Of a stretch of 33,548 nucleotides of DNA, positions 1-8,782 are shown in pieces. The translations under genes and the position numbers were made by a program. Position 1 is the stretch's first letter. Each line of letters opens with the position of its first letter. This DNA comes from Deltaproteobacteria bacterium. Lineage in GTDB: Bacteria; Desulfobacterota; Dissulfuribacteria; Dissulfuribacterales; JALVPX01. A model generated the notes under the pieces. It had not been told where the DNA came from. It made no database searches and worked only from the letters and a program-made list of their open reading frames with translations. Location: positions 1 through 33,548 of the forward strand of contig JALVPX010000159.1 of assembly GCA_027031565.1 (NCBI GenBank). The letters run 5' to 3'.

Positions 1-872
1 ACCCCATTGGTAACTTGATCCAAGATTAGAGAGCGATTTGAATCGGCCACGTCAGGGGCCATTTCAATGCCCCTGTTGATTGGCCCTGGATGCATTATAA
101 TGGCCTTAGATTTTGTTTTTTGGAGTATATCGGCGTTAATTCCAAATATTCTGGAATATTCTCTGTCAGATGGTATTAAATAGCTGCCCTGGCGCTCTTT
201 TTGAAGTCGCAGGGCCATTACTACATCGGCATCCTTGATGGCATCCGTGAGACTGTACTCCACCTTTACACCGTACACCTCGGGCGCTGGCGGCATCAAG
301 GTTCCTGGGCCGCATATCACAACTTCGCTCCCCATTTTTGTAAAGCCCACCATATCGGAATGTGCCACCCTGCTGTGGAGAATGTCACCAATGATTGCGA
401 TCTTCAGCCCTGCGAGGGTGCCGAAGTGTTCCATTACAGTAAACATATCCAGCAGGGCCTGTGTTGGATGCTCATTGGTGCCGTCCCCTGCGTTAATAAC
501 AGAACAACCAACGGCCTTTGCCATGAGATGCGCTGCGCCTGAACATGGGTGGCGCAATACCAATACGTCAGGCCTCATGGCCTCGATGTTTTTGGCCGTA
601 TCTATCAGATCTTCCCCTTTGGTCACACTGCTGGAGCCCTTGGAAATGCCTACCGTGTCTGCACTTAGCCTTTTAGCAGCAAGTTCAAAGGAGAGCTTGG
701 TGCGCGTGCTGGGCTCAAAAAAGAGATGGACCATTGTTTTGCCCCTTAAGGGAGGCACCTTTTTGATGGGTCGGTCCAGGATCTCTTTTAAAGATGCCGC
801 AGTCTCCAATATGAACAAGATTTCCTCTTTTGAGAGGTCATGGATGCTCAAGATATCCTTTTTGGGCGTCAT
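1..872 (-). CDS. pyrB: Aspartate carbamoyltransferase catalytic chain, 3' end truncated by the window edge
   Basis: Absent from the ORF track because it runs off the window. Reverse translation from the ATG at 872..870 gives MTPKKDILSIHDLSKEEILFILETA...LFFEPSTRTKLSFE...NEHPTQALLDMFT...MHPGPINRGIE. These include the STRT carbamoyl-phosphate motif and the HPTQ and HPGP motifs of ATCase. The 235..960 + ORF is its antisense shadow. Confidence 0.9.
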   Translation of the reverse strand, partial: MTPKKDILSIHDLSKEEILFILETAASLKEILDRPIKKVPPLRGKTMVHLFFEPSTRTKLSFELAAKRLSADTVGISKGSSSVTKGEDLIDTAKNIEAMRPDVLVLRHPCSGAAHLMAKAVGCSVINAGDGTNEHPTQALLDMFTVMEHFGTLAGLKIAIIGDILHSRVAHSDMVGFTKMGSEVVICGPGTLMPPAPEVYGVKVEYSLTDAIKDADVVMALRLQKERQGSYLIPSDREYSRIFGINADILQKTKSKAIIMHPGPINRGIEMAPDVADSNRSLILDQVTNG

Positions 873-878
873 AATGGC

Positions 879-906
879 AAAAAAAAACCTCCTTAAAAAA
901 GGAGGT
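879..906 (-). promoter_or_regulatory. Terminator-like hairpin plus U-run in the pyrB leader (candidate attenuator)
   Basis: The minus strand reads ACCTCCTT-TTTT-AAGGAGGT followed by 8 T, then GCCATT and the pyrB ATG. The stem is 8 bp (906..899 with 894..887) with a 4 nt loop, and the T-run is 886..879. The 3' arm contains the only Shine-Dalgarno-like sequence. Confidence 0.4.
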
Positions 907-968
907 CGGAACCTATTTCAATGTTTGCATCTCTTATGTCCCATTGCACCTGTCTCATGACGCCATTT

Positions 969-996
969 ATTATCATAAAGATGGAGGAAGCGTCAA
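969..996 (-). promoter_or_regulatory. Putative sigma-70 promoter for pyrB
   Basis: The minus strand reads TTGACG (996..991), a 16 nt spacer, then GATAAT (974..969). This lies about 95 nt upstream of the pyrB ATG. Sequence match only. Confidence 0.3.
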
Positions 997-1081
997 GGGA
1001 GTAAGAAGTTGCGAAATTCCAGAGGTCAATTATTTTGAGTCGGTCCAAGTTGGAGGGCTAGAATCAATAAGGAGACGGCAA

Positions 1082-1762
1082 ATGAATAAAAAGAAGTCCC
1101 TGTCTTCAAGGTACGCAGGCCGCCTGTGCATGCTCGTTGTTTTGGCTATGTTTGTATCACTGCTTCTTGGGTGCAGCAATGTCTACTACGCCGCATGGGA
1201 AAAGGTGGGCAAGCATAAGAGAGATCTTCTCAGGGACAACATCGAGGCCGTTCAAAAGGAGCAGCAAGAGGCTGGAGAGCAGTTCAAGGATGCATTAACT
1301 CGCCTAAAGGAGCTTACCGGTTTCAAGGGGGGCGATCTGGAAGATGCGTACAATAAACTAAGGGATGATTATGAAAAGTGTGAGAAAAAGGCTGAGGCCG
1401 TCAAGCGGCGGATAAGGAAGATTGACTCCATAGCTTCTGATCTCTTCGATGAATGGTCAAGTGAGATAGACAGCATGTCCAGCCCGCAGTTAAAAAGAAA
1501 AAGCAGGGAAAAGCTCGCTATCACAAAGAAACGATATGCACGGCTCTACCTAGCAATGAAAAAAACCGAAAAGAGGCTTCCTCCGGTCTTGACCCAGCTT
1601 AGGGACAACGTTCTTTACCTTAAGCACAACCTGAATGCCAGGGCTATTGCAGGCCTTCAGGCCGAGGTGTCTAGCATAGAGCTTGATGTAGATCGTCTAG
1701 TAAAAGACCTGCAGGCTTCCATTAAAGAGGCAGAGGAATTCATTAAAACCATGCCAGAGTAA
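1082..1762 (+). CDS. DUF2959-family lipoprotein
   Basis: ATG at 1082 is preceded by AAGGAGA. The signal peptide has an LLLGC lipobox. The sequence CSNVYYAAWEKVGKHKRDLLRDNIEAVQKEQQEA, followed by coiled-coil-like charged sequence, is typical of DUF2959. The upstream part of ORF 944..1762 is unlikely to be translated. Confidence 0.8.
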   Translation: MNKKKSLSSRYAGRLCMLVVLAMFVSLLLGCSNVYYAAWEKVGKHKRDLLRDNIEAVQKEQQEAGEQFKDALTRLKELTGFKGGDLEDAYNKLRDDYEKCEKKAEAVKRRIRKIDSIASDLFDEWSSEIDSMSSPQLKRKSREKLAITKKRYARLYLAMKKTEKRLPPVLTQLRDNVLYLKHNLNARAIAGLQAEVSSIELDVDRLVKDLQASIKEAEEFIKTMPE

Positions 1763-1796
1763 AAGGCATGCAAAGGCGTTAAAAAGCCAAAGAGAA

Positions 1797-1821
1797 GCCG
1801 TTCACCCAAAGGGCGAACGGC
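1797..1821. terminator. GC-rich hairpin between the convergent DUF2959 and yedF genes
   Basis: gccgttcaccc-aaa-gggcgaacggc gives 10 of 11 positions paired. There is no U-tract on the + strand and a T-rich tract on the - strand. A second small hairpin gggag-gcaa-ctccc follows at 1827..1840. Confidence 0.35.
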
Positions 1822-1952
1822 TCTGATGGGAGGCAACTCCCGCATATGCTGTTTCCTTCGTGTTGTCTCGTACTTTTGGTTAGGCTCCGAGCTTGTTTTT
1901 GGCCTTGTTAATAAGGCTTTTTCCTGTTTGAAAGCGTCGGCTCATCTTGAGC

Positions 1953-2561
1953 CTAGGCCCTTATGACCTTGGTTGCCAACTGCATGGATGTGACTATATC
2001 AAGCATGTTGGTGGTTTCTCCAACTTCCCTTTGGTCCATTGCTCCATAAAATTCAAGGCACGTCCCGCAAACAAGGACGGACACACCCTTTGATTCAAGC
2101 TCTTTCAGGGTTTCCACATGCGGGGAATCCTTTATCGCAAGTTTTACCCCTGCGTTCAGAAAAACAAGCCTCCAAAGATCTGGTCCTAGTTCCTTCAATG
2201 TTTTCAGGAAATTACCCATCAAGGCCCTTCCAAGCTGTTCATCTCCAGTGCCTATTCGGTCTGAGGGAATAAATACCAGTATCCTTTGCTGCCCCTCCAT
2301 GTTCGAGAAAAAGGCTTCACACGCCTGAGATTCAATATCGGCTTGTCCTGCAGGATTCCCAGTTACATGTATAGAGCCGTCACTGTCTTGAGTGATTTCA
2401 ACAGCCATTCCCTGACTCTTCAAGAAACGGGATACGTTGATCTTCGCTGCCTCGTTATCCACTATAATTTCAATTGGTTCGTTGGGGTGGGTTTCCAAAA
2501 GTTCCTTTGCAGCCAGCACAGGCTGGGGGCATGCAAGGCCTTTGCAATCCTTGACAGGCAT
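1953..2561 (-). CDS. yedF: YedF-type selenium-metabolism / sulfurtransferase-like protein (TusA-like N-terminus plus DsrE-like C-terminus)
   Basis: The N-terminal CKGLACPQPVL carries the TusA/SirA CPxP motif. The C-terminal half (ILVFIPSDRIGTGDEQLG...VLVCGTCLEFYG) resembles a DsrE/YedF fold. Confidence 0.8.
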   Translation of the reverse strand: MPVKDCKGLACPQPVLAAKELLETHPNEPIEIIVDNEAAKINVSRFLKSQGMAVEITQDSDGSIHVTGNPAGQADIESQACEAFFSNMEGQQRILVFIPSDRIGTGDEQLGRALMGNFLKTLKELGPDLWRLVFLNAGVKLAIKDSPHVETLKELESKGVSVLVCGTCLEFYGAMDQREVGETTNMLDIVTSMQLATKVIRA

Positions 2562-2623
2562 GATTTCCTCCTTGTTGCTTGATCAAGTGGTTATCAAGTT
2601 GAATTTAGGATAAAATAAAGATA

Positions 2624-3670
2624 ATGAAAGTGGAAGAAAGTCCTTTTCAAATTCCTGCGATCTTGAGGGAAAGTTGGGAACAAATCCGGCAGCCTGGCAT
2701 TGTGCACACGGAAGACGTGTGCCTGCTTGCTAACGATTCCTTTGCTGCCCTGCTAGGTTATGTGAGAAGTGATGACCTGGAAGGGCTTCAAATCGGCGAA
2801 TTTTTTTCGCCCTGGCCGGCAAGGGAAATAAGGCTTGGGCGCAGGGAGGTCTTGGGCAGAAAGGCGGACGGCTCACCAGTGGATCTTGAAATTATGACAT
2901 TGCCCTTTTATTCGGGCGATGAGGTGTTGTACCAGAGTCTCGTTCGGGATATCTCAGAATTGAGGTCGTGGGAGGACAAGCTTCTTCAAAGCGAGCGCCT
3001 GAGTGCAATGGGGCGTTTGGCAGGCGAGATAGCCCATGAGATAAACAATCCATTGGGTGGGATACTGCTTTACGCAAATCTGCTCAAGGAAGACATGTCT
3101 GATGAGCAGGCTGCCATGTCCAATGTTGAAAAGATCGTGAAGCTGGCCACGCGGTGCAGGATAATCGCAAAGGGACTCCTCAATTTCGGCAAATCGTCTT
3201 CCCGTTCATATGCTCCAGTGGACCTCAACCAGGTGGTTGCAGAGATGTTCTCGTTGATCGAAGACCACAACCTGTTCAGGGAGATCAAGGTCAAGATCGA
3301 TCTTGATAATGAGATCCCCCATTTAATGGGTGACAAGGGCCAGATGGAACAAGTGGTTCTCAACTTGATCATAAACGGGGCAGAAGCCATTAAAGGGCCT
3401 GGCCACCTGCATGTTTCCACACGCTATGAACAGGACACGAGAAGTGTTGTCCTGGCAGTTCAGGATACCGGAGTCGGTATTCCAGCAGAAATAAGGCACA
3501 GGATATTTGAGCCCTTTTTCACCTCAAAAAAGCCTGGAAAGGGTACGGGCCTGGGACTGTCCATTACCCACGGTATTGTACAGAGGCACCGTGGAACCAT
3601 TACCATAGAAAGTGAAATGGGTGTCGGCACACTCTTTGAGGTGCGGCTCCCGGTATTGGCATCGGGTTAG
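2624..3670 (+). CDS. Soluble PAS-domain sensor histidine kinase
   Basis: H-box AGEIAHEINNPL, N box NLIINGAEA, G boxes DTGVGI and GTGLGLSI. No transmembrane segment is visible, and the N-terminal ~120 aa are PAS-like. Confidence 0.85.
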   Translation: MKVEESPFQIPAILRESWEQIRQPGIVHTEDVCLLANDSFAALLGYVRSDDLEGLQIGEFFSPWPAREIRLGRREVLGRKADGSPVDLEIMTLPFYSGDEVLYQSLVRDISELRSWEDKLLQSERLSAMGRLAGEIAHEINNPLGGILLYANLLKEDMSDEQAAMSNVEKIVKLATRCRIIAKGLLNFGKSSSRSYAPVDLNQVVAEMFSLIEDHNLFREIKVKIDLDNEIPHLMGDKGQMEQVVLNLIINGAEAIKGPGHLHVSTRYEQDTRSVVLAVQDTGVGIPAEIRHRIFEPFFTSKKPGKGTGLGLSITHGIVQRHRGTITIESEMGVGTLFEVRLPVLASG

Positions 3671-3675
3671 AGAGA

Positions 3676-5031
3676 TTGAAGGAACGCATTATTATTGCAG
3701 ATGACGACCACGCCATAGTCGACGGGTGCAACCAGGTTCTGTCGAAGCTGGGCTATGAGGTGACATGCGCCTATTCTGGTCTAGAGGCCTTGGAATTCCT
3801 GGAAAAGTATGAATATGACCTGGTTCTGCTCGACCTGAAGCTGCCCGACATAAACGGCCTGGACCTTTTGCGCGAACTCAGAAAACGGGATTCTGTGGTC
3901 CCTGTTGTAATGATAACTGCCTACGGCACCATTCAAAATGCAGTAGAAGCCATGCGCCTGGGGGCAGATGATTTTCTACCCAAGCCCTTTGAGCCGGATG
4001 AACTTCGTCTCGTTGTCAGGCGTTCCCTTCGGGCAAGGCGTTTGGCAAAGGAAAATCTCTATCTCAAGGAGGAACTTCGGAAAAAGGAAGGGTCGGTGGA
4101 GGTAATCGGCACCAGCAGGGCCTTGTCTTCACTGCTCAAGCAGGTGGAAAGGGTTGCACCACTGGACACCACGGTCTTGATTACAGGCGAAAGCGGAACG
4201 GGAAAGGGCCTGATTGCAAGAAAGATACACCAGTTGAGCAGACGCAGCGGCTTTCCATTTGTCTCTGTGGACTGTTCAACACTCGTTCCATCCTTATTCG
4301 AAAGCGAGCTGTTCGGCCATGTGAAGGGTGCATTTACCGGCGCTACAACCCATAAGATAGGCAAATTTGAAATGGCTGACGGCGGCACCCTCTTTCTGGA
4401 TGAAATAGCAAATATTAATCTGGAGCTTCAGGCCAAGCTTTTAAAGGCCGTGGAGGAAAAGGAGATCTCCCGGGTGGGAAGCCAGAGGATCACGAAAGTG
4501 GATGTCCGTATAGTGGCTGCAACGAACCGGGATCTGCAGAAAGCGGTTTCAAAGGGAGAGTTCAGGGAAGATCTCTATTTCAGGCTCAACGTCGTTGCAT
4601 TGACCACACCGCCGCTGCGTGAACGCAAGGAAGATATCCCCCTGCTGGTTGAGCACTTTCTTAAACGTTTTGCTTTCAACCATGGAAGAAAACTGCTCAA
4701 GGTCGCTCCTGAGGTGCTGGCGCGTCTTAAAGAGTATGAATGGCCTGGAAACGTCAGAGAGCTTGAAAACGCAGTGGAACGCCTGGCTATTTTTGCTCAG
4801 GATGATGTGATCACCCTGGAAGATCTTGCCATGGCCAGGGTGCCTCAGGCAGGCCCGGCACCGCGGCTCCACTATTCAGGCAAACTGCCCTTGGAAGAGG
4901 TTGAAAAGGCCCACATCCTTGGAGTTCTCAAAGACACCAACGGCAACCGGACAGAGGCCGCAAAGATACTGGGAATAGACAGGAAGACCCTCAGGTTGAA
5001 ACTGCAAAAATGGGGAATACATGAACTTTGA
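3676..5031 (+). CDS. Sigma-54-dependent response regulator (NtrC/AtoC family)
   Basis: REC domain (IIIADDD...LLDLKLPDINGL...PKPF). AAA+ activator motifs GESGTGKG, ESELFGH and GAFTGA. C-terminal Fis-type HTH NRTEAAKILGIDRKTLRLKL. The TTG start lies 6 nt after the kinase stop. Confidence 0.9.
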   Translation: MKERIIIADDDHAIVDGCNQVLSKLGYEVTCAYSGLEALEFLEKYEYDLVLLDLKLPDINGLDLLRELRKRDSVVPVVMITAYGTIQNAVEAMRLGADDFLPKPFEPDELRLVVRRSLRARRLAKENLYLKEELRKKEGSVEVIGTSRALSSLLKQVERVAPLDTTVLITGESGTGKGLIARKIHQLSRRSGFPFVSVDCSTLVPSLFESELFGHVKGAFTGATTHKIGKFEMADGGTLFLDEIANINLELQAKLLKAVEEKEISRVGSQRITKVDVRIVAATNRDLQKAVSKGEFREDLYFRLNVVALTTPPLRERKEDIPLLVEHFLKRFAFNHGRKLLKVAPEVLARLKEYEWPGNVRELENAVERLAIFAQDDVITLEDLAMARVPQAGPAPRLHYSGKLPLEEVEKAHILGVLKDTNGNRTEAAKILGIDRKTLRLKLQKWGIHEL

Positions 5032-5875
5032 CGTTATAATTGTAAATTATTGCTCCCACGGGCCCCTGGAGACATGCCTGTCATCTCTATTCCAGCACAA
5101 TGCCACAGAAATTGCCAACGTTGTCGTTGTTGACAACAGCCCCAAAGGAGTGCCTCCGGAGATAAAAGCCGCATTCCCTGGTGTCCTGTTTCATGAAAAT
5201 TTTTCAAATTTAGGCTTTGCAAGGGCGGTAAATCAGGCCCTTGCAGTCTCAAAGGCCGGGTACATATGCCTGCTCAATCCTGATACCGAAGTCAAAGGGC
5301 CTTTTTTGAACCATTTTCTTGATTTTTTTGAACGGGAGCCTGCTGCATCAGTAGCGGGCCCCCTTGTCCTTAATTCAGACGGTTCGGTACAGGGCTCAGC
5401 GCGTTCATTCCCCAGGTTGGCAACAGCGTTTTTTGGCAGGACCACTCTTCTTTCCCGTTTGTTCCCAGGCAATCCCTTAACGTCAAAAGAGATACTTTCT
5501 GGCAGCCACGTTTCAGGACCGTTGGAGGTGGACTGGGTTTCAGGGGCATGCATGGGGGTGAGGCGCCAGGCCATTGACGAAGTCGGGGGCTTGGATGAAC
5601 GCTTTTTCCTCTACTGGGAGGACTGCGACTGGTGCACGAGGTTCAGGCGCCATGGCTGGGGCGTGTTTTATCTACCGGGCGCAGGACCCGTGGTGCATCA
5701 TGCCGGTCTGGCCAGCAGGCAGGTCAGGTGGCTTTCCAATTATCATTTTCACAGGAGCGCATGGCTTTTGTACAAAAAATATGATAACAGTCCCGCAGGG
5801 TTTCTGTCAGCGGTGGCCCTGGCTGGGGCCATTGTCAGATGGTCGTTTCTCTCGTTCAAACTTTTGAGGAGATAA
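5021..5875 (+). CDS. Family 2 glycosyltransferase (rhamnosyltransferase/WbbL-like)
   Basis: DVIIVNYCS, VVVDNSP, LLNPDTE and FFLYWEDCDWCTRF are typical GT2 blocks. The ATG overlaps the regulator gene by 11 nt, implying co-transcription. Confidence 0.85.
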   Translation: MNFDVIIVNYCSHGPLETCLSSLFQHNATEIANVVVVDNSPKGVPPEIKAAFPGVLFHENFSNLGFARAVNQALAVSKAGYICLLNPDTEVKGPFLNHFLDFFEREPAASVAGPLVLNSDGSVQGSARSFPRLATAFFGRTTLLSRLFPGNPLTSKEILSGSHVSGPLEVDWVSGACMGVRRQAIDEVGGLDERFFLYWEDCDWCTRFRRHGWGVFYLPGAGPVVHHAGLASRQVRWLSNYHFHRSAWLLYKKYDNSPAGFLSAVALAGAIVRWSFLSFKLLRR

Positions 5876-5878
5876 CCA

Positions 5879-7666
5879 ATGTTTCGTAGTTTCAATGGGG
5901 CGTTGTCATATACTTTTGCACCCATCTTCATTGCGGTTTGGCTGGTGGGGAGTGCTGTACAGGCAGCAAACTGGACGGTAATGGTATATATGGCCGGGGA
6001 CAACAATTTGTCCGATGCCCTGGTGAACGACGTGCTGGAGATGATGAAGGTCGGCTCTACAAAGGACGTGAATATAGTAGTACAGGCGGAACTGAGTTCC
6101 CTGTTCAGCTCCTTCAAGCACAATGGCCATACATACCGCTTCAGGGTGCTGAAGGATCGCCTCGAATGGCACGACCTGGGCACCAATCTCGACATGGCCG
6201 ATCCTGCCACCCTTTCGGCTTTCATAGGCTGGGCAAGCAGAAATTATCCTGCCGATCATTATGCCCTCTTCCTTTGGGATCACGGCCTGGGCTGGATGGG
6301 CGGCAACAACGATACCATGCGCGCCGGCATGCGCGGCTTGCTGGAGGACCGTACGAGCGGAACCTTCATGTCTTTGGGAGAGCTCAAGGATTCCCTGGCG
6401 CAATCGGCTGTTTTTTTCGACCTCATAGAGTTTGATGCCTGCCTAATGGGCATGCTCGAGGTGGCTGCTACCGTGTATGACTATACGAAATATATAACCT
6501 TTTCTGAGGCCACAGAACCCGGCGACGGCAATCCCTACGACAAGATATTTCACCTTCTTGTCTCCAAGCCGGAAATGGGTGGGAGGCAGCTGGCAGCCAC
6601 TATTGTGTATTCATATGTAGAGCATTATCGGAACGCCAAGAACGGCCTTGTAAGTGTAACGAAATCCGGTCTGGATTCTACTATAGTGCCTTCGTTGGTA
6701 ACCAGAACGGTTTCTCTGGCAGAGGCACTGGAACATGCCTTGTCGGATCCTTCAAGTGTCGATCGACTTGTCCGTGTCCAAAAGGAGGTGCAGACCTTCT
6801 ATGGGCTGACCGGAAGCACAGATCTCTATGACTTTTGCGACAAGGTTGCTGATTTGGGCGGAGAGGTAGGGCAAAGGGCAAGGGCAGTTAAAATGCTCTT
6901 CAACAATGATCAGCTCATTGAGTCCCATTACACGCCCCAAGCTGTGGAAGGCGGCCTGGTTGCCACCAGTTCGGTGTCAAGTGCACATGGAATCGCAATC
7001 TTTTTCCCTTGGTTCAGGGACGTCACGAGGGATGTCATGCACGAATACCGTCAATTCTGCTCTTCTGCTGGTATGTCACAATGGTTCGCATTCGTCGACA
7101 ATTTGCACCACAAGGTACAGGAGACCCACATGGTTACTTCTGAGGGCGGATTTATTATTGCCGCCTTTTGGACAGATTCTGATGGCTTTAAGAGCAGTGC
7201 TGATATAGACCTCTATGTGGTGGAACCAGATGCTGCCTATGCGCCATGGCTGGGCCAGACCACGCCCAATGGATTCTTTTCTGCTGACTCGCTAGACAGC
7301 GGGAATAATTTTGAGGTTTATACTGCCCGGGAAAGGGTGGAAAAAGGCCTCTATCTCCCAGTGTTAAATCTCTATGATCTTGGTTTTGAATCCAGGGTAC
7401 GCGCTTACTGCTTCTATTCCCGGGATCCAAGCCTACACAATGTCATCACCTGGGGCCCGAATTTCATGGACATGTATCTTCCAGCACCTGATCCGGAAGA
7501 TTGGGACGAATGGGTTATATACTTATTGAGTATGAATTTCTATTCTGACTGGTGGATTCCAGGAGAGGTCCAGAAGACCCTTTCAAGGGCACCCTTGCCT
7601 GCTGTGCAGGCCTTTTGGAATGCGGTCAGGGATCAATATCTCAATAAAAGACAAGGGGCTTTCTAA
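5879..7666 (+). CDS. Secreted clostripain-like cysteine peptidase (MEROPS C11-like) with a C-terminal beta-rich extension
   Basis: Signal peptide, then WTVMVYMAGDNNLS, LFLWDHGLGW (candidate catalytic His) and IEFDACLMGMLEV (candidate catalytic Cys). The start lies 3 nt after the GT2 stop. Confidence 0.75.
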   Translation: MFRSFNGALSYTFAPIFIAVWLVGSAVQAANWTVMVYMAGDNNLSDALVNDVLEMMKVGSTKDVNIVVQAELSSLFSSFKHNGHTYRFRVLKDRLEWHDLGTNLDMADPATLSAFIGWASRNYPADHYALFLWDHGLGWMGGNNDTMRAGMRGLLEDRTSGTFMSLGELKDSLAQSAVFFDLIEFDACLMGMLEVAATVYDYTKYITFSEATEPGDGNPYDKIFHLLVSKPEMGGRQLAATIVYSYVEHYRNAKNGLVSVTKSGLDSTIVPSLVTRTVSLAEALEHALSDPSSVDRLVRVQKEVQTFYGLTGSTDLYDFCDKVADLGGEVGQRARAVKMLFNNDQLIESHYTPQAVEGGLVATSSVSSAHGIAIFFPWFRDVTRDVMHEYRQFCSSAGMSQWFAFVDNLHHKVQETHMVTSEGGFIIAAFWTDSDGFKSSADIDLYVVEPDAAYAPWLGQTTPNGFFSADSLDSGNNFEVYTARERVEKGLYLPVLNLYDLGFESRVRAYCFYSRDPSLHNVITWGPNFMDMYLPAPDPEDWDEWVIYLLSMNFYSDWWIPGEVQKTLSRAPLPAVQAFWNAVRDQYLNKRQGAF

Positions 7667-7667
7667 C

Positions 7668-8102
7668 ATGAGAGCCTATTGCTGGATTGGATTGTCAGTA
7701 GGCACCGCATTGCTGTTCGCCCTTATTATGACAAGTGCTTGCAGCAGTGCACAACCTTTTCATGGGGATCCTTGTTATCCGGAACCGACCGTGGCTTCTG
7801 TCAAGGACATATACTCTGGAAAATTGAATGACAAGTTGGTCAAAATTGCAGGCCGGTACCAGGGATGGGCTGGATGCGCCGCGCAGCAGAACAATACGAT
7901 CATGGTAACCCGAAGCGATTGGGTCTTATCCGATGCATCCGGCTGTATTTACGTAACAGGCGGTATTCCCCGCTCTGTCAAGCCCTTGCCCAATCATCCA
8001 GAAGGGCAAAAGGTCTGCATAATTGCCGTGGCAAGGGAGATCAACGGGAAACACGTCCTGGTATTCAGGCAGGAATGCGCATATAAGCCTTTTCCAAGAT
8101 AG
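7668..8102 (+). CDS. Small exported protein, possible lipoprotein with an OB-fold (BOF/YgiW-like) look
   Basis: ATG at 7668 lies 1 nt after the C11 stop. The hydrophobic signal ends in TSAC. The mature part (TVASVKDIYSGKLNDKLVKIAGRY...VLSDASGCIYVTGG...KVCIIAVAREINGKHVLV) loosely resembles BOF-family OB folds. The family call is weak. Confidence 0.55.
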   Translation: MRAYCWIGLSVGTALLFALIMTSACSSAQPFHGDPCYPEPTVASVKDIYSGKLNDKLVKIAGRYQGWAGCAAQQNNTIMVTRSDWVLSDASGCIYVTGGIPRSVKPLPNHPEGQKVCIIAVAREINGKHVLVFRQECAYKPFPR

Positions 8103-8105
8103 TTC

Positions 8106-8750
8106 TTATTCCGCTGGCACAAAAATGATCTGGCCAGGGCAGATGAAATCGGGATCCCTTATTTGGGGATTTGCCTGAATCAGTTTGCCCAGGGGCAGGT
8201 TGAATTTGGCTGCAATCATATAGAGATATTCACCTTTTTTTACTACATATTCCTTGGGAGCGTGCACGGGGGAGGGGGCGCCGGCAGCAAGGGTGCCATT
8301 TGCATCCTTTCCTGGTGTAGAAGCCTTTCCAGGTGCTAGTGCAGGCCTTTCAGGCCCGTTTTCTACATGCTCTGCGCCATTGATGACCACGGTTTCCAAG
8401 GGCCTGTCTTCTACCTTAGATTGCTTGATGTTTTGTTGCGTCTGTCCCTGTTTTTTTTCGGGAAATGCGGGTGCTATCCCTTCCAGGGCAATGTCCTCAT
8501 CCTGGGTTTGAGCTGTCGACGAGGGTCTTTTTTGAGGGGGTGTGGTATGGGCTGTTTCTGCCTTGATCAAGGAGGCAACCCTTTTGTGCGGGAGATCCTC
8601 CTTTGTCGGCACGTTACCTGTTTGCTGCGCCTCTTTTTGGGGCACGGCAGGAGGGGTTGTTGGGGGTTTGCCTCCCTCTTTCTTGATATTAAGGAATACC
8701 AAGATAAAAAGCGCCACCAACAGAATCAAAATATTCAGTGTGCGTGACAC
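8106..8750 (-). CDS. LysM peptidoglycan-binding protein with an N-terminal membrane anchor and a Pro/Gln-rich linker
   Basis: N-terminal transmembrane segment ILILLVALFILVFL, a low-complexity P/Q/T linker, and a C-terminal LysM (YVVKKGEYLYMIAAKFNLPLGKLIQANPQI...PGQIIFVP). Confidence 0.8.
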   Translation of the reverse strand: MSRTLNILILLVALFILVFLNIKKEGGKPPTTPPAVPQKEAQQTGNVPTKEDLPHKRVASLIKAETAHTTPPQKRPSSTAQTQDEDIALEGIAPAFPEKKQGQTQQNIKQSKVEDRPLETVVINGAEHVENGPERPALAPGKASTPGKDANGTLAAGAPSPVHAPKEYVVKKGEYLYMIAAKFNLPLGKLIQANPQIRDPDFICPGQIIFVPAE

Positions 8751-8782
8751 CGCCTTTGCTCCTCTCCTTTGAACAGTAACTG

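Noticed and set aside
235-960. 241 aa + strand ORF, and the 201..542 ORF
   Set aside because: They are antisense shadows of pyrB. The translations are low-information and match no family, whereas the opposite strand gives an unambiguous ATCase.
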